From: Candidatus Methylomirabilia bacterium | Lineage (GTDB): Bacteria > Methylomirabilota > Methylomirabilia > Rokubacteriales > CSP1-6 | Length of the DNA stretch: 13,254 bases | Direction of reading: 5' to 3' | NCBI GenBank assembly: GCA_041492755.1 | Contig: JBGPXN010000122.1 | Coordinates: 1 to 13,254 of the forward strand | Shown here: positions 6,693 to 13,254 of the stretch, in pieces | Layout: the number at the start of each line of letters is the position of its first letter | How positions within the stretch are numbered: the stretch's first letter is position 1 | Made by a program: the position numbers and the translations under genes | The notes under the pieces: generated by a model | Told to the model about the DNA's origin: nothing | The model's database searches: none | Seen by the model: only the letters and a program-made list of their open reading frames with translations

Positions 6693-8789
6693 ATGCCTTG
6701 CCGCTTGATCCCGCTCGCCCTGGTATTGCTGGTAGCTTTCCCGACCTCTACGCTCGCCGCCGGCGTCATGCCACTGTTCGATCTCAGTAGCCCATCGGGG
6801 GGCCCGTTTCCGAGCGACCTGTTCACGGCGCCCGACAGCACCCAAAACACCGGCGTGCACATGGACCTACCCAAGCCGGACTGTAGCGTGCGTCCCTCGG
6901 ACTGCGCCGACCTGGACGGCATCAACACCCTTGACGGCTTCAACTTGCAGCTACGCCTCAGCATTCCGTTCAGCGGGCCCATCGACCCGGCGTCGGTCAC
7001 GAGCGCAACCGTCTTCCTCGTTGATCTCGGCGACACCCTGGGTGGCACTGGCGGCGCCGTGATCGGCCTCAATCAAGTCGTGTGGGACCCAGCGACGAAC
7101 ACCCTCTACGCCGAGTCCGATCAGCTGCTGGACCAGCACTCGCGCTGGGCGCTCGTCGTGACCAACGGCGTCCGCGACGCGGACGGCGATCCCATCGAAG
7201 CCGGGGGTTTTTCCACGTTCCGACACGATCTGAACTTCGGCCAGACGAAGGACCGAGCGCTCAAGGTATATCGAAAGACGCTGATCGACACGATCGATGC
7301 ACTCGCGGCCATGGGTCTCGACGAGTCCCGCATCGCGGCGATGAGCGTCTTCTCGACGCTGAGCGCGACCGCCCTGCTCGAAAAGGTCCGCGACCAGATC
7401 AAGGCGGCGGTGCCGGCGCCCGCGACGATGCTGGGGACATTCCCACTCGCCTCGGTCAGCTCGATCCAGTTCAAGAAACAAACCGGCACGGCGACCTTCA
7501 GCACGTCCAACCTGCCGCTTGGGTCGGTGGCGGGTTTGACCATTGTCCCGGGCGTCGGTGCAATCGCCTTTGGTCAGTACGCGGCGCCCGACTACCGCAC
7601 CGCCGTCGGCGTCATCCCGTCCACCGCAACGCGGACCGGAACGCCGGTGGTCCAGAACACGAGGGACGTCTTCTTCAATCTCATCGTGCCGAGCGGTCCG
7701 CCGCCTGCCGACGGGTGGCCGGTGGTCATCTGGGGCCACGGCAACTCGGGCAACAAGCAAGGGACCTTGTTTAACGTCGCCGCGAAGTTCGCGTCTCACG
7801 GGCTCGCATCGATCGGAATCAATGTCATCGGCAACGGGGGCGGCCCATTGGGCACGCTGACGATCGTTCCAACCGTCGGCGATCCGGTGACGATCCCGGC
7901 CGGCGGGCGGGCTCGCGATGTGAACAGCGACGGAGTCATCACCGAGCCGGAGGATGGCGCCCTCAAAGATCGCGTCCGCCAGACCGTCATCGACCTGCTG
8001 CAACTGGTGCGCGTGATCCAGACGGGCGGCATTCCGGCGTTGAACGCTTCGCGTATCTACTACGCCGGTCAGTCCCTGGGCGGCCAGTACGGTACGCTCC
8101 TCCTTGCCATCGACCCCGATGTCCGGGCGGGCGTACTGAACGTCCCCGGGGGCTCGAACAGCGAGATCGGGCGGCTCAGTCCTGTCTTCCGGTCCGGGTT
8201 CGGACTGTCACTCGTGAGCCGCGTGCCGTCACTCCTGAACGCGCCGCTCGGCGCTCCATTCTTCGGCATCAACGAGAACATTCCGTTTCGTGACCAGCCC
8301 CCCGTGGTCAATACGGTTTTCGGTGCGCCAGCGATTCAGGAAGTGGTCGACCGCACAGAGTGGTTGCAGCAAGTCTTCAATCCCGTCGCATACTCCCCGC
8401 ACATCCGGAAGAGTCCGTTGACCGGCGCGGGCGCCAAGCCAGTCATCGTCCAGTTCGGCAAGGGCGACGAGACGAACCCGAATCCTACCCAGAGCGCCCA
8501 GGTCCGGGCCGGCGATCTCACTGATCGCGTGACGTACTTCCGGAACGATCTCGCGTTCTCCGACGATTCAACGACGCCGAAGGACCCGCACGGTTTCCTC
8601 ACCAACCTCCCCGCTGAGACCTCACCCGGGCACCCGCTCGCGCGCGTGATCGCCCTCGACGCTCAGGAGCAGATCGCGACGTTCCTGGCGTCCGACGGCA
8701 CGGTCACCATCGATCCTGACGGTGTGTTGCCCTATTTCGAAGTGCCGATCGTGGGGCCGCTCCCGGAAGCGCTGAACTTCATTCCCTAG
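6693..8789 (+). CDS. Secreted alpha/beta-hydrolase (lipase/esterase-like) with N-terminal Ig-like domain
   Basis: GGAGG Shine-Dalgarno before GTG 6687 / ATG 6693; signal peptide; PFPSD and NTLDGF motifs as in Pla-1/lipase N-terminal domains; WGHG oxyanion motif, GQSLGG nucleophile elbow (Ser codon 8073-8075), candidate Asp (GKGDET) and His (DPHGFL). Confidence 0.8.
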   Translation: MPCRLIPLALVLLVAFPTSTLAAGVMPLFDLSSPSGGPFPSDLFTAPDSTQNTGVHMDLPKPDCSVRPSDCADLDGINTLDGFNLQLRLSIPFSGPIDPASVTSATVFLVDLGDTLGGTGGAVIGLNQVVWDPATNTLYAESDQLLDQHSRWALVVTNGVRDADGDPIEAGGFSTFRHDLNFGQTKDRALKVYRKTLIDTIDALAAMGLDESRIAAMSVFSTLSATALLEKVRDQIKAAVPAPATMLGTFPLASVSSIQFKKQTGTATFSTSNLPLGSVAGLTIVPGVGAIAFGQYAAPDYRTAVGVIPSTATRTGTPVVQNTRDVFFNLIVPSGPPPADGWPVVIWGHGNSGNKQGTLFNVAAKFASHGLASIGINVIGNGGGPLGTLTIVPTVGDPVTIPAGGRARDVNSDGVITEPEDGALKDRVRQTVIDLLQLVRVIQTGGIPALNASRIYYAGQSLGGQYGTLLLAIDPDVRAGVLNVPGGSNSEIGRLSPVFRSGFGLSLVSRVPSLLNAPLGAPFFGINENIPFRDQPPVVNTVFGAPAIQEVVDRTEWLQQVFNPVAYSPHIRKSPLTGAGAKPVIVQFGKGDETNPNPTQSAQVRAGDLTDRVTYFRNDLAFSDDSTTPKDPHGFLTNLPAETSPGHPLARVIALDAQEQIATFLASDGTVTIDPDGVLPYFEVPIVGPLPEALNFIP

Positions 8790-8859
8790 CGTCGGGTCGC
8801 GCAGTCGGAGTGCGACGGCGACGTGACCGCGGTGCGGTTCTCCTGTTCCCGAACGACGT

Positions 8860-8979
8860 CGCAAGCCGCAGGTCCGCCCTGGTGAACCCACCTTCGGACC
8901 CATGCCGCGCGAGGGCTGCCCGAGCTTCCGCGTACGTAATGAGTGCGGTGGCCACTGCTTCGGCATGCTCGACGCGACT
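8860..8979 (-). pseudogene. Internal fragment of a PIN-domain (VapC-like) toxin
   Basis: SRVEHAEAVATALITYAEARAALARHGSEGGFTRADLRLA resembles the central (S/T)xxxYxEARAALAR helix of VapC proteins; the N-terminal DTS motif and C-terminal Asp residues are absent. Confidence 0.55.
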
Positions 8980-9091
8980 CACGACCCTGAGAACGCGGAC
9001 CTCATCTGCGAACACTCGCCGATCGTCTCGCAACAGCAGCTTGGCTTCACGACTTCACCGACGAGGAGCGCGCACGCGTCAAGCCGGTGAG

Positions 9092-9194
9092 GATAGGCAA
9101 CATGAACGGCATTCGGAGGCGGTCGCCCCTTCCTTGGCCCCCGTCAACTTGACGTAACCTACCAGACTCGGACGTTCGGAGCCGATGGCACAGC
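9092..9194 (-). repeat. 103-bp element, copy 1 (inverted relative to 11916-12018)
   Basis: Reverse complement matches 11916-12018 at 100 of 103 positions; ends in ...GTTCATGTTGCCTATC. Confidence 0.92.
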
Positions 9195-9463
9195 TGCGCC
9201 CAGGGTCGCCCCTTCTGGGCGCCGCCGTACGCGGTCGGCATGTGCGGCGCGACGTCGTCGAGATCCGCCGCGCTCCAGGCGGCGACCACGCCGGGCACGG
9301 CGCGCGCGCGCGCCACGTCGACCCTGACGACGCGCGCGTGAGCCTCGACGCTCCGTACGATGCCGAGGTGCAGCAACCTCTCGCGCGTGAGGTCGTCGAG
9401 GAACCGGCCGCCGCCGGAGAGAAGCCGTTGATCTTCCTTGCGTCGTGGAGACGTGCCGATCAT
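9195..9463 (-). pseudogene. 5' fragment (about 90 codons) of a xanthine/CO dehydrogenase family molybdopterin-binding subunit
   Basis: MIGTSPRRKEDQRLLSGGGRFLDDL...VRSVEAHARVVRVDVARARAVPGVVAAWSAADL is the N-terminus of CoxL/XdhA-type large subunits; it is cut exactly at the 103-bp element. Extended -10 TGgTAGATT lies 7 nt upstream. Confidence 0.85.
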
Positions 9464-9508
9464 GCTCGGGAATCTACCACGGGCCGAGCGGCCGCCCTCG
9501 GCTAGAGT

Positions 9509-11065
9509 GTGATCGGGAGGGCTGCGATAGAGGCCTACGCCGCGCGCGGGAAGCTCGTGAAGACCCTGCTGCTGGGAAACCTTCTCGGGGCGCTCCTGAC
9601 CTGGTTCTACTTCACCTTCATCGACTACACGGCCACCGTCGTGCCGGCGGCGACGCTGGGGCTCGACGTCCTCTATTTCATCGTCGGCTTCTCGCTGATC
9701 AGCGGCGTCGGCGTCGCCTGGGGCATCAGGTGGGCGCGGCCCCTGCGCGATCTCGGGACGTCCGCCGGCGTCGATCCGGCGATCGTCCGCCGCCGCGCGA
9801 TCCTGCTCCCGTTCGTCTTCACCGCGATCACGATCTGCGGATGGGTGCTGGCCGGAATCGTCTGGGGCGTCCTCCAGCCCATCCTGTTCGGGTCCTTCTC
9901 GCCGGCGCGCTCGCTGCGCGCGATGTTCGGCATCACCGGCATCGCCGGCACGGTGACGGCCGCGTTCATCTTCTTCTCCGTCGAGTATCAGTGGCGCCGC
10001 GTGCTCCCGGCGTTCTTCCCCGCCGGAGACCTGAGCGCGGTGCCCGGCGTGCTCCGGCTGCGGGTCCGCACGCGCCTCCTCGTGATCTTCCTGATCCTGA
10101 GCGTCGTCCCGCTCTCGCTCCTGGGCGTGCTGGCCTACACGCGGGCCTCGGCGCTCCTCGGCGCGGCGCCGGCCGCGGCGCCGGGGATCGTCGCGAACAT
10201 GCTGGTGTTCATCGTCTTCATCGTCGCCGCCGGCACGCTCACGGCGATCGGGCTCTCGGCCTTCGTCGCCAACAGCGTCGCCGCGCCGCTGCTCGGGCTC
10301 CAGGGCGCGATGCGGGCGGTGGAGCAGGGGAACCTCGACGCCAGCTGCGCGGTCGTGACCAACGACGAGCTCGGCGCGGTGGCGGAGGGCTTCAACCAGA
10401 TGGTCCAGGGGCTCAAGGCGAACGAGTTCCTGAAGGAGACGTTCGGCAAGTACGTGAGCCGCGAGATCCGGGACGAGATCCTGGCGGGCCGGATCTCGCT
10501 CGAGGGCGAGGCGCAGGAGGTGACCATCCTCTTCTCGGATCTCCGGGACTTCACGCCCTGGGTGGAGGCCACCGCCCCCCGCGAGGTGGTCCGCGACCTC
10601 AACGCGTACTTCACCGAGATGGACGGCGCCATCCGGGAGCACCGCGGGCTGGTGGTCCAGTTCATCGGCGACGAGATCGAGGCGGTGTTCGGCGCGCCCG
10701 TCGCGTACGCCACGCACGCGGAAATGGCGGTGCGGGCCGCGCTCGACATGCGCGGGCGGCTGTCGGCGTGGAACGCCGAGCGCGTGCGGGCCGGGAAAGT
10801 CCCGCTCCGCCACGGCATCGGGATCCACACGGGGCGAGTGCTCGCCGGGAACATCGGGAGCTCCGAGCGGCACGCCTACGCCCTCGTCGGCGATCCGGTC
10901 AACCTCGCGTCCCGGATCCAGAGTCTCAACAAGGAATTTGGCTCCGACATCCTCGTCAGCGGGGACACGCGCCGGCGGCTCGACGGGGCGTTTCAGCTCG
11001 TGCAGCTGCCGGCGGTGCAGGTCAAAGGGAAGTCAGTGGAGGTCGAGGTCTACCGGCTCGCTTGA
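9509..11065 (+). CDS. Membrane-anchored class III adenylate/guanylate cyclase with HAMP domain
   Basis: About six TM segments, HAMP (PLLGLQGAMRAVEQGNL...DELGAVAEGFNQM), catalytic motifs TILFSDLRDFT, FIGDEI, GIGIHTG, VGDPVNLASR. Start codon uncertain. Confidence 0.93.
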   Translation: MIGRAAIEAYAARGKLVKTLLLGNLLGALLTWFYFTFIDYTATVVPAATLGLDVLYFIVGFSLISGVGVAWGIRWARPLRDLGTSAGVDPAIVRRRAILLPFVFTAITICGWVLAGIVWGVLQPILFGSFSPARSLRAMFGITGIAGTVTAAFIFFSVEYQWRRVLPAFFPAGDLSAVPGVLRLRVRTRLLVIFLILSVVPLSLLGVLAYTRASALLGAAPAAAPGIVANMLVFIVFIVAAGTLTAIGLSAFVANSVAAPLLGLQGAMRAVEQGNLDASCAVVTNDELGAVAEGFNQMVQGLKANEFLKETFGKYVSREIRDEILAGRISLEGEAQEVTILFSDLRDFTPWVEATAPREVVRDLNAYFTEMDGAIREHRGLVVQFIGDEIEAVFGAPVAYATHAEMAVRAALDMRGRLSAWNAERVRAGKVPLRHGIGIHTGRVLAGNIGSSERHAYALVGDPVNLASRIQSLNKEFGSDILVSGDTRRRLDGAFQLVQLPAVQVKGKSVEVEVYRLA

Positions 11066-11066
11066 C

Positions 11067-11226
11067 GGCCGCCGGCGTGGGCGGAGGCCGGGGTCGGGGG
11101 TGCCTGGCTCGACCCGACGGCTCTCACTACGTCGCGGCGGAACCATCTGCTCAGCGCGCGAGCTACGCTGCCTACACGGGTCGAGCCAGGCACCCCCGAC
11201 CCCGGCGCCCGCCCATGCCGGCGGTC
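11067..11226. repeat. Long inverted repeat: 50-bp arms with a 60-bp spacer (REPIN/MITE-like)
   Basis: Arms 11067-11116 and 11177-11226; the inner 30 bp (GCCGGGGTCGGGGGTGCCTGGCTCGACCCG) are perfectly complementary. Confidence 0.88.
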
Positions 11227-11486
11227 ATCGCGGAATCAACGGGGCGGGGCCTGTTGCGAATTCGAGGAGCGCCACGGGTTCCCCGGGGCGCTCCGAGCGA
11301 TGGGGGGTTTGCTCAGAAATGACCAAGAACCCCAGGCCGACTGGCGCACGGGCGCCATCCTAACCAGCGACAACACCGCGGTCAAGGGGCGGACGGACCA
11401 GACCTGATGGCGTCTCGCGGCGCCGGGAGGCGCCCGTCGTATAGGGGCGACCGCTGCGGCTGCTTCCTCGCCTCAAGCTGGCGAGC

Positions 11487-11915
11487 TCAGGGCGCGGGGC
11501 CTGGCTCGGGTGGGGCGGGGCCGGGACTCTGCCCCGAGCGGGAGAGGCCCAGGTGAGCGAGGATCCGCCGAATGACGGCCGGGTCGTGGATGGTTGCGAT
11601 CAGGCGCAGGCGGCCCCCACAGCGGGGACAGGCCAGCACGTCGATCGCAAAGGCTCGGTGCATGAGGGCCGCCCAGGTCCAGGAGCGCGGAGTGGTCGTC
11701 CCCCCTGGCCCGCCCGGACTCGGCACCGGAGGAGCCGCGCTGCCCGCCGAGCCCGTGGGCTCGGGCCCGCGCCGGCCGTAGGCGATCACGCGCTCGCGCC
11801 ATCGGGCGTGCGGGGCCACCACGCCGTGGCAGATGATCAGATTGCTTTCGGGCCATGGCCGCCAGACGTTCCAAGAACTCCAGCGGCTCGAACACCAACT
11901 CTCTCGTGCCGTCGT
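11487..11915 (-). mobile_element. IS91-like transposase, C-terminal part; frameshifted near 11853, 5'-truncated by the 103-bp element
   Basis: DGTRELVFEPLEFLERLAAM / PESNLIICHGVVAPHARWRERVI...WAALMHRAFAIDVLACPRCGGRLRLIATIHDPAVIRRILAHLGL is the typical C-terminus with a CPxCG Zn ribbon. Confidence 0.88.
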
Positions 11916-12018
11916 GCTGTACCATCGGCTCCGAACGTCCGAGTCTGGTAGGTTACGTCACGTTGACGGGGGCCGAGGAAGGGGCGACCGCCTCCGAATG
12001 CCGTTCATGTTGCCTATC
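11916..12018 (+). repeat. 103-bp element, copy 2
   Basis: GCTGTACCATCGGCTCCGAACGTCC...GTTCATGTTGCCTATC; 3 mismatches to copy 1. Confidence 0.92.
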
Positions 12019-12020
12019 AT

Positions 12021-12249
12021 CTCGCGCGGGTGCGCGCGCGCGAAGGCCACGATCGCCTCCTGCTCCCACCTCTCCAGCCTGATCGCGCGGCACCATCGCG
12101 TTGTGCTCGTTCGCCTTGCCGTAACGCTGCTTCCAGTCGAAGTACTTGCTCGCGCCCAGCCCGGGCCAGCCGAGCACCCGCGTGGCCGACAGCTCGGTCT
12201 CGGCACTCCAGGTGGCCACGAAGTCGATCACGGCGTCCCGCGTGTCGGG
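12021..12249 (-). mobile_element. Fragment of an IS3-like DDE transposase, frameshifted near 12080
   Basis: PDTRDAVIDFVATWSAETELSATRVLGWPGLGASKYFDWKQRYGKANEHNAMVPRD / LERWEQEAIVAFARAHPRE stops just before the expected GYRR motif, at the 103-bp element. Confidence 0.65.
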
Positions 12250-12250
12250 G

Positions 12251-12367
12251 GGCAGGATCGGCCCCGGCTTCTACGACCTGGACGTTCGACGCCAGTTCCT
12301 GGCGCGCCAGGGGATCACCACCCAGGTCCTGTGCGCGCCCCCGTTCGTCTTCTACTACTGGCTCCCG
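12251..12367 (+). pseudogene. Internal fragment of an amidohydrolase_2 (ACMSD-like) protein
   Basis: IGPGFYDLDVRRQFLARQGITTQVLCAPPFVFYYWLP resembles the DxxxRxxxMDxxGIxxQVLSxxPxxxxYW segment. Confidence 0.55.
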
Positions 12368-12486
12368 TCGGCCGCATGGCCGAGCCGGAGGAGATCGCCG
12401 ACGTCGTGCTGGTTCCTGGCCTCGGACGTCGCGCCTACATCACCGGGGCCACGCTGGACGTCACCGGCGGCCTGGTGGTGGTCTGA
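12364..12486 (+). pseudogene. C-terminal fragment of an SDR oxidoreductase with two compensating frameshifts
   Basis: PVGRMAEPEEIADVVL / FLASDVA / AYITGATLDVTGGLVVV* is the canonical FabG-like C-terminus. Confidence 0.8.
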
Positions 12487-12569
12487 ACAGGCGAGATGCT
12501 GTGCCATCGGGCTGAACCCTGGGGAGGCCGCGTCCCCACGTGGCGCACTTCCGAGTTGGTCCCTTATGT

Positions 12570-12609
12570 CAGGGCGCGGTGCCCTGGGCACCGCGCCCTG
12601 GGCACCGCG
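12570..12609. repeat. 31-bp palindrome with overlapping 14-bp tandem duplication
   Basis: CAGGGCGCGGTGCCC-T-GGGCACCGCGCCCTG (12570-12600); CCCTGGGCACCGCG at 12582-12595 and 12596-12609. Confidence 0.8.
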
Positions 12610-12830
12610 CGGGCCCGGCCGGTCCGGCCCGGGGCCCCGCCGCCCCCGCTCCCCCCGGTAATGTTGGCTACGCTCCACGACCCCGCTGAGCTGTCTGGGC
12701 GTCGCTTTGGGTTGGTTGGCCAGCCACAGCGTGCAGGGTGATGCCCGCACGCGTCAACTTGCCCGGAGCGCGGCCCTCAGCTTCGACGACCCCGCCCTCG
12801 ACATCGTGATGGCTGTGGCCCCGGCCGGGG

Positions 12831-12953
12831 CTCTGCGAGCCGTGCCGCCACCTCGAGAGCCTGACGAAGCCGGGCGTGATGGGCGCGCGGGCCCACCGCA
12901 GCGGGCTCCGCGCGCAGATCCCCACTGAGGGCGTGATCCGCTCCGGCGACGTC
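12831..12953 (+). pseudogene. C-terminal fragment of a MOSC-domain protein
   Basis: Not in the ORF track; LCEPCRHLESLTKPGVMGARAHRSGLRAQIPTEGVIRSGDV matches the MOSC CxPC...GLRAxILxxGxIxxGD pattern. Confidence 0.7.
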
Positions 12954-13059
12954 GGCCGGCCGGCCGCGGAAGCCAACATCCGGGAACTCCTTGGCCCCTC
13001 CGCCCGCCCTCAGGCGCCCATTCACGGGCGGCCTCGGGAGCGGGTAGGATACCGCCACG

Positions 13060-13254
13060 ATGAGGACGGACGACATCACCTCCACGCTGCCCCGCCTCCT
13101 CTCCACGGTGAAGCGCCCGGGCGACTTCTCTGCGGCCGGGGCCGTCGATCTTCCGGTGATGCGCGCGGACGTCGACGGGCTCGGGGTCCTTGGCCTCCCC
13201 ATCCCGCTGGCTCAGGCAGAGGCGCTGGCACGACTCGCCACCCCCGCGCCCTAC
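13060..13254 (+). CDS. Probable 2OG-Fe(II) oxygenase-family protein (5' part; runs off the window)
   Basis: MRTDDITSTLPRLLSTVKRPGDFSAAGAVDLPVMRADVDGLGVLGLPIPLAQAEALARLATPAPY resembles the N-terminus (RPGDF..VxGxGxxxLP..APYG) of this family; TAGGAT box 9 nt upstream. The catalytic motif is outside the window. Confidence 0.6.
   Translation, partial: MRTDDITSTLPRLLSTVKRPGDFSAAGAVDLPVMRADVDGLGVLGLPIPLAQAEALARLATPAPY

Noticed and set aside
4943..7072. 709-aa minus-strand ORF and other long antisense or alternate-frame ORFs (2473..3648, 6951..8003, 9445..11322, most of 9047..10873 and 4011..5402)
   Set aside because: Stop-poor shadow frames of real genes in high-GC DNA; only the short TPR-like and CoxL-like parts show family motifs.
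8980..9033. VFADEVRVLRVV as a RelE/ParE toxin scrap fused to the PIN fragment
   Set aside because: Too short to support without a search.
11067..11226. Rho-independent terminator for the cyclase gene
   Set aside because: Stem and loop are far too long and there is no U-tract on either strand.
1..13254. CRISPR array, tRNA (including selC), rRNA or integron attC array
   Set aside because: No regularly spaced repeats with unique spacers, cloverleaf or rRNA-like sequence was seen; the repeats found occur only twice and lack an attC core-site layout.

Overview
High-GC bacterial DNA in two parts. Left (1-5174), mostly intact genes: a partial SDR oxidoreductase (-), hicB followed by a 5'-deleted hicA remnant, a VOC/glyoxalase-family gene, an OsmC-like peroxidase and a tctB-tctA-tctC tripartite tricarboxylate transporter operon. 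The ORF track splits the OsmC-like gene in two, but it reads as one selenoprotein: an in-frame UGA at the catalytic Cys position is followed by a bacterial SECIS-like hairpin. Right (5175-13254), a heavily rearranged mosaic: N- and C-terminal pieces of an IS91-like HUH transposase in opposite orientations, two inverted copies of a 103-bp element each sitting at a gene-breakage junction, a 160-bp hairpin, and short gene fragments (TPR, PIN toxin, CoxL/XdhA-like, IS3-like, amidohydrolase, SDR, MOSC). Two intact genes lie among these: a secreted Ig-like/alpha-beta hydrolase and a membrane HAMP class III nucleotidyl cyclase with non-canonical specificity residues. A probable 2OG-Fe(II) oxygenase starts at the right edge. 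All family calls come from motif recognition by eye; no database searches were run.
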